Shown here: positions 1 to 11,829 of the stretch, one piece after another
How the letters are laid out: the number at the start of each line of letters is the position of its first letter
Numbering within the stretch: the first letter of the stretch is position 1
Source: a virus
Lineage: Duplodnaviria; Caudoviricetes
DNA: 64,000 nt
Reading direction: 5' to 3' (one strand)
Virus record (IMG/VR): IMGVR_UViG_2595698668_000001
Location: 1-64,000 of that record
Notes under the pieces: model-generated
Databases searched by the model: none
What the model saw: only the letters and a program-made list of their open reading frames with translations
Told to the model about the DNA's origin: nothing
Program-made: the position numbers and the translations under genes

Positions 1-698
1 CAAGATTCTCAGTCATAATAAGGCTTGAGAATCTTGAAACAACATATGTTTGGCCCACAACCAAAACACCTTCCATCTCAAGGTTGTTAACACATACAAT
101 CTCTTGATTATCTTGAAATTTCATGATTACACCTTTACTTTAGACATTGCAAACATAATGGCCGCACGACCAACCGGGGTTTTATCGTTGATCTGCTTAC
201 CACACCACAAAACTTTAGCATCAAAGGATTCGAAGGTCAATTTCTGATCTTCAATGTGAGTGTTGAAAAACTCAGCAACTGCTTTTTTGAATTCTGCGTT
301 AATCATCTTTTCTCTCCTTTGTTGGTACAGGGGTATAATCTCATACCCCCCGAGTTCCGTCAACTACTTTTTATCGGTCATATCACGATTAAAACGAAAA
401 TCTTGATACAACCGGTCTTTCAGTTCCTCTTGAAGCTGGTTGATCTGGTCTACAAGAGAGAACCGATGTGGAAGGTCACAAGGACTGTTGATAAACTTAT
501 CTACAACCTGTTGCGGTTCTTCCGGATCCTCATAATCGATTTCACAATCTACGAATTCATTTGTATCTTTTTTGAATAAATAACCAAAACCATCATAAGT
601 AAACCAACTCAGTTCACCACTACTAATCTCTTTGATGTAAAACTCAAAGAAGTTGATGTTCCGTACAGTCAACAGACTTGTTACAGTTGAAAACATTT

Positions 699-1211
699 TC
701 ATTTTATACTCTCTACAAAATTGGCTGGAATCTCTTTGATTTCAAATTCGTCATGAATGAACCAAACATCAATACTTTCTACAACACGAATATGATCCCC
801 GTCGTAATCGGTTGCTTCATGAGTGATATTTTTCTTGATAGTTTCTAGGATAGTTACCCACAGAGGAACACCTTCATCTTCATCAATCACATTGTAATCG
901 ATATCAAGAAAGCGTTTGAACTGGTTAGCCATATGCGGATTTTGTTCGAGTTTATCAAACAACTCAAAAACTAATGCATCTGTGTAAGGATCATTACCAT
1001 AACCCGGCTCATTCCAATCGTGTGCGCTGTTAAAAAACGGGGCAATAACACGGAAGAAATCAACATCATCGCGTGTCAGACCAGTGTGGTAAATGGTATG
1101 GTAATAATCACCATCATTTTCCCAACTTGTGATACCTACAATGTAACCACGGGGGATAACAGTACCGATTGGTAGTTCTACTTTTTTCATTTTAAAATTT
1201 CCGATTGTCAA
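699..1211 (-). CDS. Hypothetical phage protein (WENDGD motif)
   Basis: ORF in the co-oriented gene train; probable start at MKKVEL. Confidence 0.7.
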   Translation of the reverse strand: MTIGNFKMKKVELPIGTVIPRGYIVGITSWENDGDYYHTIYHTGLTRDDVDFFRVIAPFFNSAHDWNEPGYGNDPYTDALVFELFDKLEQNPHMANQFKRFLDIDYNVIDEDEGVPLWVTILETIKKNITHEATDYDGDHIRVVESIDVWFIHDEFEIKEIPANFVESIK

Positions 1212-2125
1212 TTTTTGCTATTACCATACCACACATATCTAGGTCTGCTAGGTCATCACCAAGAGTCGAACAGTCGCTATCAATCCAAGTGTCAATCTGT
1301 TCTTCTTCCACATCAACAACCACACAAACGGCATGATGAGACTCTACCATCATATCCATAACATCAATACGAGTAGGGGTACATTCTGTAATTTCCACCA
1401 CATTCATATCATCATCAAAACCAATAAATACAATCATAAAGTTCCTCAATCATTAATTTTTAGATACAAACCATCTTGAAGTAAATCAAGAACCGCGTCA
1501 ACTACTTCTCGTTGTACATCCTCAACAGACCCCCTTATAAAGCCTTTCCAACCATCCTGTCCAACTGTACCCATGCTGATATCAATTGACCATGTGTCGT
1601 TGTTAAATCGAGTCATAGACACGTTATGATTGTCCATATGGAAAGGGCGATATACGTAGTTCACGTAATACGTTTCTTTTGATGCATTATTGTCTTTTAA
1701 CCATTCAGGATCCTTGGAGAAGTGGATAGCAGAACGAATAGATTCCTTGTGACATCCCTTCTCAAACTCTTCCTGATCACCCCAAGAATCCATAGCCGCT
1801 TCGATTTCTGATTCAATCATATCATCAACTCGACGCGCAAGGTCCGGGGAAATTTCATCGATTATCCTAACCAGTTCATCCACTTTTAGATTATGTTGAA
1901 TATACATATCAAACCCTTATTTCAATGGAGTTCCGAAATCGAATTGCTCATCTTGTTGTTTATTTTGCTCGTATTTTTTCCTAATACCAACACCAATAAT
2001 AGTGATTACGACAATGATTAGGAACCATTCAATACCATAAGCAGGAACCCAATAATAAATAGAGTTCAGATAAGCGAACAGAAACGATGTGAACATATGA
2101 CAGTAACGAATAATGAAATCCATAA

Positions 2126-2353
2126 TTATTCCTCGATTACGAAATATTTTACATCAACCCACGTCTGGAAATAAAGAGAATCGGTAATATCATGTTCCCA
2201 TGTATCATATTCGTTTTCATATTCAAAAATACGACCTTCTCCATCTGCATAATAAGATTCACCAAACGGGAATGGAGTTTCTTGAAAATTACTGATACCA
2301 GTAACAACAAAGTAACCTTTTTCCGGAATACTATCAACTTGAACAAGTTTCAT
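2126..2353 (-). CDS. Small hypothetical protein, MK-V-x-x-[IM]P-x-x-G paralog family
   Basis: N- and C-terminal pattern shared with 25334..25573 and 48591..48827. Confidence 0.7.
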   Translation of the reverse strand: MKLVQVDSIPEKGYFVVTGISNFQETPFPFGESYYADGEGRIFEYENEYDTWEHDITDSLYFQTWVDVKYFVIEE

Positions 2354-2631
2354 TTTTTAACCTCAAAATAAGTGTGTAAGGGTTTGAGACTGTTTCGGTG
2401 TCTCTACATAATCAATATACTTTTTGTTTAGGTCTTTGTCAAACACTAAAATCTGTCCGTTGATACTATCATGTTGGGAGATCATCGACCTCCCATACTT
2501 CAACAGAGCCTCGTTGTGATTATCTGTGATAATATCCTGATAGTCAATCCAAAATCCAGTATTTCTATCTTTGAACCTTGAATGTCGATAGTTTGACATT
2601 AAGAAAAACCTAAGTTCTTCCTTCGAACACA

Positions 2632-3261
2632 TCAGATGTAATCCTTTACCAATCGACGCATCATACCCTTTGCCTCTTCTAGCTGAGAGTTAAGGAAAAT
2701 TACTTTATTTTCTGCAATCGCTTTCTCTTTGATGATGTTGTCGATTGTATCTTTGATGTATTCAAACTCTGATTTACTTTGATAAGGTACGGTTATGGTT
2801 TCGGTTGAAACAGAAACCGGCTTTTTAACATGGAATTTGTTAACCTTATCTCCGATATTTTGATTCAGAATAATACTAATTCGAGGTTCACCAATGGTTT
2901 CAAAATCATACTTGATATCAATCAGATCGAGAAACTTTAAGAATTCTTTACTATGCCCATAAACGAATAGGAATGGTCCATTTACCATACACTTTGAAAA
3001 ATTAAAAAGCTTTGTATCTATCCCTTTCTTTGTGCAAAGTTTATCAATTTTTCTACCAATACCTGTATGTTTCTCGTATTGGTGTAGATTACATACATAG
3101 TTTATCTTTCTAATAAGATCAACAAATCGGTCCTTCGCAAAATTATAACCAAACTCCCCATCATAGCCACGGAGAAGATATTTCTTGATGAGCCGACTTG
3201 TATTCCGTTCCCATCGTGCTTGTTTAGCTGCGTTGCGTAATACCGCTTTACCACTACTCAT
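2632..3261 (-). CDS. Hypothetical basic protein with C-terminal coiled coil
   Basis: 209 aa ORF, translationally coupled to its neighbours. Confidence 0.7.
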   Translation of the reverse strand: MSSGKAVLRNAAKQARWERNTSRLIKKYLLRGYDGEFGYNFAKDRFVDLIRKINYVCNLHQYEKHTGIGRKIDKLCTKKGIDTKLFNFSKCMVNGPFLFVYGHSKEFLKFLDLIDIKYDFETIGEPRISIILNQNIGDKVNKFHVKKPVSVSTETITVPYQSKSEFEYIKDTIDNIIKEKAIAENKVIFLNSQLEEAKGMMRRLVKDYI

Positions 3262-3857
3262 TCTTTATCCCCAATAGATTCATAACTAAACAAATGACCA
3301 CACAGAACATCTGGCTTTGTTGAGCTAAATTTCAAAAGATATCGTTTGTCATTGTACCAAACTTTAACGTCTGTGTAATACAAATCGCAGTCTGGTCGTG
3401 GATATCCATCGTTGCTAATAGAACCTTTCTTGATAACCGTCTGTTCCCTACCTAATTCCTCTACGAGGTCATACTTGATCGCAATCTCCAACGCTTCTCC
3501 CTCTTGGAAAGGGAAAACATCAGTCACACCAATTGCATCATTATATTCATGGAAGTAAGCCCATTTGTCACCTTCCTTAAGTTGGTTCTCAATATCATCA
3601 ATATAGAGATGTGGGGTGTGGGGATATCCTTCTTCGTTAAAGAACTGGTCATCGCAGTCAGCCCAATCAATCTCACCGTAAAAGTAATCATCGCGGTCTT
3701 CATCACCGGGCTTACAGGCCACACCAACAACACCCATTTTAAGATGGTCGGTTACAAAGTCGAATGAGTAACTACGATCCCAGTAACAGATTTCTAAGCC
3801 GGGGATGGGTGGAACATCCACCCCAATTTCATAAATGTTAAGAGTTCGCATTATCAT
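3258..3857 (-). CDS. Hypothetical acidic phage protein
   Basis: 199 aa ORF in the gene train. Confidence 0.7.
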   Translation of the reverse strand: MIMRTLNIYEIGVDVPPIPGLEICYWDRSYSFDFVTDHLKMGVVGVACKPGDEDRDDYFYGEIDWADCDDQFFNEEGYPHTPHLYIDDIENQLKEGDKWAYFHEYNDAIGVTDVFPFQEGEALEIAIKYDLVEELGREQTVIKKGSISNDGYPRPDCDLYYTDVKVWYNDKRYLLKFSSTKPDVLCGHLFSYESIGDKE

Positions 3858-5003
3858 CGTCCCAATCTTTAATTGCTACATCGAAAGCCAGTTTGTTATA
3901 ACCTGTTTCGTTCCAATTCTCTTTAACAAATTCTTTTGTCAGTTCTTCCCGAAGGCGATTGACCGAGGCGATAACAAACTCTTTTCGAGAATATGTCTCT
4001 GGACTTTCATAAAGAACACCATCGATTAGTGCAACGATGTCATAAGGTTCATCTGTCTTGAGATTAGTTGCCCAGATACGAGGTTGAATATTAACTTGTG
4101 GCACCGAAACAAACCAGTGTTTTCCGTCGTCATCAATAAACAGAGTTCCTGATACGTCTTCAAAGAAATCCGCTGCACCACCAACCCCACGATAAAAATT
4201 GTATTCGGTTTGATTGCGGATTTGTTCCAGAAGATCAATATGGATACTTGCATTATCTTTAGATTTAAATTCTTCGTAAACTTCTTTGATAGTCTTCATA
4301 ATATTTCCTTATGTATCTTTATTTGGTTACTTCTTACAAATGTAACTATATCACGGTACTTTTGTGTATGTCCACTTGTTTACAACACGCTTGTGATCTA
4401 CCTTAGTGTAGTGCATATATTCATATTTTTTGAGGTAACGAAGAGGGAGATTCATTACCTTGACGTTGCATTGAATCCCCATCGGGGTCCATGACATCAA
4501 TTCTTTTACTCGCCAGTAGCTGGTCTTTGGTACATACAGATCAATAACTCCAATTTTATTGGTTTCTGTGATTGCTCGCCACACACCATTCAAAACAAGA
4601 GCTGTTTCCAAATCATGAACTGAACTAATCATTTCACATCTCCAAATACATTATTAAAGTCTGGGTGTTCCCATCCTTGTACATCTTCTTTTTTAACACC
4701 AAGGAACTCGATAAGCTCCACACAACGTTCTTTGATGAACTTCATATCGTCGGTCCAGAACTCGATCATCGCCCAAGTAGTGGAACTGTTTGCGTCGAAT
4801 CCTTGGATAAACATTTTCCCATACGAATTGGTAAAAACAAACCTTTTTATGTCTTCCATCTTTTCGTCACTCAGTCCAAGGAACTGGATATTAACATTCT
4901 TGTCGCTATCTTCGAACTTCCCATAGAGGGCAGAGATGACATTGTTATTATGAGCGTCGCGGAAATTATGAAACTTTCTCATGGCATTCTCCTTTGTTAA
5001 GTT

Positions 5004-5040
5004 ACGGGAGTATTATCACACACTCCCGTTATATCGTCAA
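5004..5040 (-). promoter_or_regulatory. sigma70-like early promoter with an inverted repeat enclosing the -10 box
   Basis: TTGACG-N17-GATAAT on the minus strand; ACGGGAGT...ACTCCCGT arms (5004-5011/5022-5029); AAGGAG SD downstream. Confidence 0.8.
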
Positions 5041-5043
5041 CTA

Positions 5044-5898
5044 TCAATCGTGCATTTTAGGACGCTGGATTACAGTCTGGTTGACCCCTTTATATTCTTC
5101 GTGAGCCTTGATAGAGAATGACATCACTGCGGTGTTACCCTTGGTTGGGATAGACTTCAAAGATGAACCCATGTATTTGTAAGTCCGGCCTTCTGAGTCA
5201 ATCAATACAGCGAGGTAAACATCATAATCGCCGTAATATTGGGCTGGTTTAACACACATCTCAAAGGTAGTGGTGAGTTCTACTTTCTTCACCCGGTCAC
5301 CAACAGCACCGAAGAATTCATTCAATTGGTTTTTCTTGAACTCGAAATCAGCAATACCGTTTTCAATTGCAGTCTTTTGAGCATCAGACATTGAGCAGTA
5401 ATGGATACAGGATTCGATGATCTCTTCAATCCATTCGTAACCAGTAGCCAGACCAGCAGTAAACAATTCGATATGAGCCTCACGATACACTTTACGCTTT
5501 GCGTCCCATTCGTCCTGTACGGCTTTCTGAGCCATTTCTTTATCAGTCAGACCACCATTACGCGCTCGTTCCTCTTCGTTGCGCTTGCGCGTTTCTGCGG
5601 CTTTCTGTGCGTTGTTGAAAGCTTTACGCTCGGCCTTGACGGCATCAATCAATGTAGTGTCGTTGGTGTAGTTCACACACTCACAACCAACCACAAATTT
5701 CTGGCCGTCTGCATCGTGGATCATGTAGTTGTAAATGATACCGGTGCCACATACATGACAGGAACCAGCACCATAACCTTGAGGGAGTGCCGCATAATCC
5801 TGCATAGTCGCAGTATCCTTGTTAGGCATCTTGAACATACCAACACAACGGAACGGAGCCTTACCAACACCTTGAGATTCCCATTTGTTCATAGTCAT
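5044..5898 (-). CDS. Phage protein with N-terminal Cys (Zn-binding) motif, coiled coil and C-terminal OB-fold-like domain
   Basis: CHVCGTGI...VGCECV motif; C-terminal FFGAVGDRV...HEEYKGVNQTVIQRPK; own promoter and SD. Confidence 0.65.
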   Translation of the reverse strand: MTMNKWESQGVGKAPFRCVGMFKMPNKDTATMQDYAALPQGYGAGSCHVCGTGIIYNYMIHDADGQKFVVGCECVNYTNDTTLIDAVKAERKAFNNAQKAAETRKRNEEERARNGGLTDKEMAQKAVQDEWDAKRKVYREAHIELFTAGLATGYEWIEEIIESCIHYCSMSDAQKTAIENGIADFEFKKNQLNEFFGAVGDRVKKVELTTTFEMCVKPAQYYGDYDVYLAVLIDSEGRTYKYMGSSLKSIPTKGNTAVMSFSIKAHEEYKGVNQTVIQRPKMHD

Positions 5899-5930
5899 GA
5901 TTTCTTCCTCAATAGTTATGTCCCAATCGA

Positions 5931-5966
5931 CAAAAAGAGTATCCCATAAATGAGATACCCCGTCAA
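5931..5966 (-). promoter_or_regulatory. Early promoter overlapping a terminator-like hairpin
   Basis: TTGACG-N17-GATACT; GGGTATCTCA-TTTA-TGGGATACTC followed by TTTTT; near-identical copy at 42516-42545. Confidence 0.8.
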
Positions 5967-6365
5967 CTAAATTTCGTCATCCATTTCCAAGTTTTTGAAT
6001 GGATTGTGGCTATATACGTTTTTGTCCATATACAGTTCCATCAGGTCATACATGAACTTGGAAATATTACGATTCTGTTTACTTTCAAGTGTGGCGCGGT
6101 TACACAGATTACAACCGGATTGATTGCAATAGGAATTCCACTTGGCGAGATACAAATCCTTATAGAACAGATAGATAACTCCATCCACCTTATGAAGAAC
6201 AATGTTTTTCTCTACCCAAATTTCGGCGGCAATGAAGTCCTCAAACACACAATCGTCAATACCAAGCTTGGTTAAGACATTATGAAAGCCCGATTGGTCA
6301 ACCAAAACCTCAGACTGTCCACTACTAACAATCTCAATCAGTTCAATTAGTTTCATCATCATTCC

Positions 6366-6713
6366 TTAGTTGGCATAGTTATTACGACGGTTCAGTTTCA
6401 GAGCGGTTTTCATTTCAGATTTCTTGAAAGAGTAATGAACAGAACCATCTTCATAGGTAGTTTTCTTAACAGTGATTTCCAGCTTGTCACCAGCTTTAGC
6501 ATAGCAACCAAGGCAGTTTGTACCATTCTGAGAAACAACACGGTTGTTCATCTCGATACCTTCGGAAGTGGTAACGCTCACACGCTGGCTATCGGAATGC
6601 TTCTTAACGAACTTGGTAACAGTCACAGTATCAACGAAAGAAACTTCGCTAACTTCTTTCTTGCAACCAACCAGAACGAACAAAGCAACCAGAGCAATCA
6701 GTACGTGTTTCAT
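6366..6713 (-). CDS. Putative lipoprotein (paralog of 8446..8754)
   Basis: MKHVLIALVALFVLVG-C lipobox; CLGCYAKAGDK motif. Confidence 0.8.
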   Translation of the reverse strand: MKHVLIALVALFVLVGCKKEVSEVSFVDTVTVTKFVKKHSDSQRVSVTTSEGIEMNNRVVSQNGTNCLGCYAKAGDKLEITVKKTTYEDGSVHYSFKKSEMKTALKLNRRNNYAN

Positions 6714-6738
6714 AATCTCTTCCTCAGTTAGGTATCTC

Positions 6739-7274
6739 GTTTCGATGTAGATATAATACCATAACCAAAGACCGATGCAACTACTAAATCACACAATTTC
6801 GATAATATGCATCAGAATTCCATGGCAAAGGATTAATCTCTTTTGGATCAATACCACATTGAGTCATCATCAACTCGTGGGTTTTTCTCTTAAAGCATCG
6901 ACTCTCGTTAAGATAACAAGCGTAACCACCATCATAAATTTGAACAACGTGGCGAGTGAATCCATCATCATGAGAATAGATCAGATCCTTACCATGATTT
7001 GTTTCGCGTACAATTACATTCATATCAATCCTTAAAATACCAACAAGGATGAGTGTTATCAAAATCGACTGGGGTTTTCCACTCACCATAGACATCATAA
7101 CAAATATTAGAATCTCCCTTGAAGAAACTAATAGAATCACTTGCTGGTGCACCAACATAACGAAGAACGTAAAACTTGGTATTGTTCGGGACGGCTTTGA
7201 ATTGACATTCGATTTTCATAACACTCTCCTTTGTTTCGATGTAGGTATAATACCATAACCAAAGACCGATGCAA
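6739..7274 (-). repeat. 42-bp direct repeat pair (6739-6780 and 7233-7274), each an early promoter
   Basis: gtttcgatgtagRtataataccataaccaaagaccgatgcaa, 41/42 identical; TTGCAT-N16-TATTAT on the minus strand. Confidence 0.9.
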
Positions 7275-8445
7275 GTACTTTATTCCATCCTCAACGAATC
7301 AAGCATCTCATTAATACGGTCTTTGAATACATATGAACAACCTCTCCACGCAAAAAACATTTTACCAGTACAAGGCTCACGAAACAATGGAAAAGAAATC
7401 TTACCCAAATCAGAGATCATCTTATCAGTTGCTTCAATCTGCTCACCGGCCTTGATACCCTTCGCAAGTTTAAGTAGCGCGTTTATCTCTTTCTGACTAT
7501 ATTTTTTCTTCATTTAAACTTTCTCATCTGTTGGGTAATAGTAATATCCCTCATATGTGTGACCGATGCAACTACTATTTTAAGAAACAATCACATTCAC
7601 ACTATGGATCCACATACGATAGCGACCGATACTTTGCTCAATCTGTTTTAGACCGGAATACACGGAGGCTTCATAGTTATGTGACATAATAGTAAGCTGA
7701 ACGTATTCACCTTTTCCACGGTTCCACGAATGTAAAACTACCTCATAACCATCCAACATGAAATTTTCAATGATATTACAAGGGATCTTTTCACTCAGAG
7801 CAGTTTTTACAATATCCAGAATACTACAATTAGTATTACCAAAAATTATGGAATGTTTAATCATACAATTTCCCCTGATTGATATGCATCATAAGCCATC
7901 CAACGATCCTCGTTCTCATCATCCATATAATCGGCTGCGACCAACACAACACCCTCAAGAGGCTTATAGTAATCAGCACTACTAATCAGTTCCTCAACCT
8001 TATCCCAACTACCTGCATTGATAAAGGTAGCCAGCGCACGATGGTTAAGATGGTTAACATAATTAGGAGTAGTGTGAGAACGTTCTACACAAGCACATGC
8101 ATAAGCGTTAGGATACTTTTTCATATAGTCAATAACTTTCATATTATTCTCCAAGTGCATTAATTTCTACATAGTTTTTACCATCTTCCCAGACAGCAGA
8201 GAAACCATTCTTAACAAACAACGGGATAATGTCATCACGGATAAGATCATAGAACATAACCCCATCAAGTTCAACATTACAAATGCGCTCGATATCATAG
8301 ATACTGATAGATATTTCTAATGCATCTAGATCGAGCATGGATTCGACAGTCTCATCATAAATCCCCTGAACAACGGCCTTACGAAGTTCTACACGAGCTT
8401 GTTCTTTATCACGAATGGCCTTTACCAGTTCAGCAGCAGTCATAA

Positions 8446-8754
8446 TCATTTCCTCAAAAATTCTTTAGTCTCATAACGGTTGATACTATAAGTAACATCA
8501 CCATCATTCCAAGTTTTCTTGGTAACAGTCACAGAGAACTTATCACCCTTGTAAGCATAACACCCACTACAGCGTTTAGCAACATATTGATTAATCGAAA
8601 TACCATCAGATGTTCGTACCTTGATCCGTTGTCGCTTATGTCTCTTCACAAACTCAGTAACAACAACAGTATCTCTATAAGTTTCTTGGTGAACTACTTT
8701 AGGGACACAACCAACTAAACCAATAACAGCCAATAAAGCAATAAGTTTCTTCAT
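8446..8754 (-). CDS. Putative lipoprotein (paralog of 6366..6713)
   Basis: MKKLIALLAVIGLVG-C lipobox; CSGCYAYKGDK motif. Confidence 0.8.
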   Translation of the reverse strand: MKKLIALLAVIGLVGCVPKVVHQETYRDTVVVTEFVKRHKRQRIKVRTSDGISINQYVAKRCSGCYAYKGDKFSVTVTKKTWNDGDVTYSINRYETKEFLRK

Positions 8755-9763
8755 CTATTCTACCCTGAACCCAATGTATCTCAAAATCATATCTTCATCA
8801 TCTTCGCAATTCAATTTCATCAAAAGAAATGCGGAAATCGGGTGAACATCTTCAAGTATCATGATATCCATTCTCATAAAGTGAATATCAAAGTTATCCC
8901 CATTTCGCCTTATAAGATACCTTGGACTATAATGATTATTCTTAACCCAATACCAACAATACTTAGTGGCGATATAATAGATAACTATCCCGATAATAGC
9001 ATGGAGACAGATAATAAGATGGGTCATATCAATCCTTCCAAAAATCCTTCTTACTCTCCACACGTCGAACAACAATCATACTATTAACCAACGCATTCAG
9101 TTTCTTAATAGTATCTTCACGATTCAATTTCTTTCGACGGATATTATAAAGTTTCCAGTACACAATCCAAGAAAGACATTTGTCACATTGAGTTATACCA
9201 CCAAGACGAATCATCTGACAACTATCCACAACAACACCAGAATAATAATGAACACCAAATCCGTGATACTTTAACCATTCACGGATAGAATCACGCTCGT
9301 CCTTAAACTTATATTCAGTTATATAAATGAACGTTAAAAACCAAATAATCAGAACACTAACACCACCAATAACATATTCCATATCTTACTCCTGATAGTT
9401 AATGCAGCACTTCAACACACGAACCAACTCAGCTTCACTAGTAGGGTCTTCAAAATCAACATTATCATAGCAAAGTTCTTCTACGATAAAAATAGAATGA
9501 ATACCACGAACTAACGCAAAGTCACGCGCTACCTTTTCCAACTCACGGCCTTTGATAACCATCATAGCATTGTTATCAAGATACATACCAAACACAGAAG
9601 TAATACCATAACCACGGGAGTTCAGCAGGGTTTTCATTTCATCAGCAATTTCACGAATGTTTTTCATAACTCTCTCCTTCCCAATCAGTAAGAACATAGT
9701 ACTACATCAAACCAACCAAGTCTACTATTTTATGAAGAATAGTTTATTCTTGTAGAAGGAATA

Positions 9764-9808
9764 ATTGGAATAAAAAGAAGAATAAACGTCCAAACTTTTT
9801 ATTCCAAT
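9764..9808. repeat. Perfect 14-bp inverted repeat in a non-coding gap
   Basis: ATTGGAATAAAAAG (9764-9777) / CTTTTTATTCCAAT (9795-9808). Confidence 0.85.
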
Positions 9809-9951
9809 AATCAAACATTCGATATAACAGATCCAAACAAAATAAATTATTCTACTTTTCTATAGTGTATGAAAACTATTGATAGATTGTTAAAAGAAAC
9901 CCTGTAATGGCGCGGGATAGAGATAAAATATGTTGATAAGTGTATAAAGAG

Positions 9952-9976
9952 AAAATGCACCAAAAAAGTGCATTTT
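9952..9976 (-). terminator. Probable intrinsic terminator after the MKIRFK paralog array
   Basis: AAAATGCAC-N7-GTGCATTTT followed by CTCTTT on the minus strand. Confidence 0.6.
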
Positions 9977-10001
9977 ACCCCTCTCACTATCGTTTGATGA
10001 T

Positions 10002-10337
10002 TCAGCGGAACATTCGATTGTATTCAGCGTGGTAAAGTTCCAAGCTACGATCAAAAGCAGCTTTCTTTTCTTCTACATCCTTCCATAGAGCTTCAATGTT
10101 ATCCATGGACATGGCGGTGTCTTCAATAACATCAAAATACTTCATTTCACTTTCACGAATAAAAGCATAACAGTAATCAATCCGCAATAGTTCACCACCA
10201 TTGGATAGGAAGTAATCACCACCATCTGGAATTACTTCATGTGGTTCATTACCAATATGGTTTTCGATAACTTTATTAAACCGCTCAAGCTGGCGGAACT
10301 CGTGTCGGGATTGTTCATCTTTAAACTTAATCTTCAT
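10002..10337 (-). CDS. MKIRFK-family paralog with coiled-coil tail
   Basis: MKIKFKDEQSRHEF...ESEMKYFD; tail LWKDVEEKKAAFD. Confidence 0.8.
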   Translation of the reverse strand: MKIKFKDEQSRHEFRQLERFNKVIENHIGNEPHEVIPDGGDYFLSNGGELLRIDYCYAFIRESEMKYFDVIEDTAMSMDNIEALWKDVEEKKAAFDRSLELYHAEYNRMFR

Positions 10338-10587
10338 AACTCATCTCCAAATATTGAGTTTCATCTTTAAAGAAGCAAGCATTCCACCCATTCTCTGGAA
10401 CAGCTTTACCATAAGCATCCAAAACAATTCCATTGCCTTTGTTATCCACAAGTTTGATGCTTCCGTCAAAGTCCGTTTGTGCTTTATGGAACTCGTTACC
10501 CATGTATTCAGCGATAGACATATTAGCTCGTCCACCAGTGGTAAACGCGAACTTGGATTCGATATTTTTAAATCGTACTTTCATCAA
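10327..10587 (-). CDS. MKIRFK-family paralog
   Basis: MKVRFK...ANMSIAEYMG...LVDNKG...ETQYLE. Confidence 0.8.
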   Translation of the reverse strand: MMKVRFKNIESKFAFTTGGRANMSIAEYMGNEFHKAQTDFDGSIKLVDNKGNGIVLDAYGKAVPENGWNACFFKDETQYLEMSYED

Positions 10588-10939
10588 GCTTCTCCATTAC
10601 TGCTTTGTTGTATTCAGTCATGGCTTTATCATACTCTGCTTTCTTCTGTTGTGCAATATCCCAGAGTTCTTTGATAGGTTTTTTCTTTTCAAGCGGGAGA
10701 ATATCCCATTCGAAAAATTTATACTCTGATGGAATAATAGAAGGACTAATACCACCGTTATCAATAACAATATCTTCGTTGTTCTTGTCTACCAGATACC
10801 ATCGATTCCCATCAAACGATACACGATTCCAATCCATACCCATATGGTTGGCGATGTGGGTGTTTGCGTTTACGCTATGAGCTATAAATCGACTCCGGTA
10901 CTCTTCACTGGGGAAACGGATAAGCATAATATCTGACAT
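10568..10939 (-). CDS. MKIRFK-family paralog with coiled-coil tail
   Basis: IRFPSEE...ANTHIANHMGM...SEYKFFE; tail LWDIAQQKKAEYD. Confidence 0.8.
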   Translation of the reverse strand: MSDIMLIRFPSEEYRSRFIAHSVNANTHIANHMGMDWNRVSFDGNRWYLVDKNNEDIVIDNGGISPSIIPSEYKFFEWDILPLEKKKPIKELWDIAQQKKAEYDKAMTEYNKAVMEKLDESTI

Positions 10940-11279
10940 AATTTATTCTCCTTTACTTGTTTGGACTTTACCATTGACGATGTAAACCTTGGGAATGAAA
11001 TCTACTTCCCCATCAATGTATACACAGAGGATACCTGAATCGTCTTCGTAAGTAAAGGCCAGATTTGAGCTGGTATTAGCAACTGACATCTTTACTTTGT
11101 GTCCGGTAGAGGAAAGATTCTCAATAGGGACAAAGAGGTTATGTTGTGGATTAGCATAACCTTTATCAACGAATGCATAATAGATAGTACGAATATCCAT
11201 TTAAATTCCCCTTACCTAAGATTTTTGATAAGTCCCACCATCAGGACAAGTACCAATATACAGATACCCTCATCAACGG

Positions 11280-11576
11280 TCAACATTTTTCGCTAACCGA
11301 TTGGATATAGTCGTCAAAAGCCTTATCGTATTCGGCCTTCTTTTCTAACATGATATCGAAGAGAGTTTTGGGATCATCTTCAATCCAATCGAAGAAATCA
11401 CGTTCTGATTCAAGGATAAGAGTACAGTCGAGAATATCGGTTTCGATATAGTAATGTCCGTGAATTTTAACTACTTCAACCGGTCGCATTCTCATAAACT
11501 GTGCGATTTCCAAATTTTCTACTGAGGCTGATTTGAAATCGTTTAGGTGTTGTTCTGACTTGAAACGAATCTTCAT
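11280..11576 (-). CDS. MKIRFK-family paralog with coiled-coil tail
   Basis: MKIRFKSEQ...NLEIAQFM...ESERDFFD; tail LFDIMLEKKAEYD. Confidence 0.8.
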   Translation of the reverse strand: MKIRFKSEQHLNDFKSASVENLEIAQFMRMRPVEVVKIHGHYYIETDILDCTLILESERDFFDWIEDDPKTLFDIMLEKKAEYDKAFDDYIQSVSEKC

Positions 11577-11577
11577 G

Positions 11578-11826
11578 TTATTCCCCTTCAATAATAAAGT
11601 AACGACGCTCGTTCATATGGATAAACGCATTCCACCCATCAAATCCAGAGATGTATGGATCTGGAATAATGACACCACAATTATTATCGTCTACCAGCCC
11701 AATATCCCCGTTGGAGTGGTTATACGCTTCGTGGGTATCCATTCCCATATAGTTTGCAATAGCAACGTTAGCACGACAATTAGAGAATTCCTGACGGGCT
11801 TGTTCTGACTTGAAACGGATTTTCAT
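11578..11826 (-). CDS. MKIRFK-family paralog
   Basis: MKIRFKSEQ...ANVAIANYMGMDTH...ERRYF. Confidence 0.85.
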   Translation of the reverse strand: MKIRFKSEQARQEFSNCRANVAIANYMGMDTHEAYNHSNGDIGLVDDNNCGVIIPDPYISGFDGWNAFIHMNERRYFIIEGE

Positions 11827-11829
11827 AAT

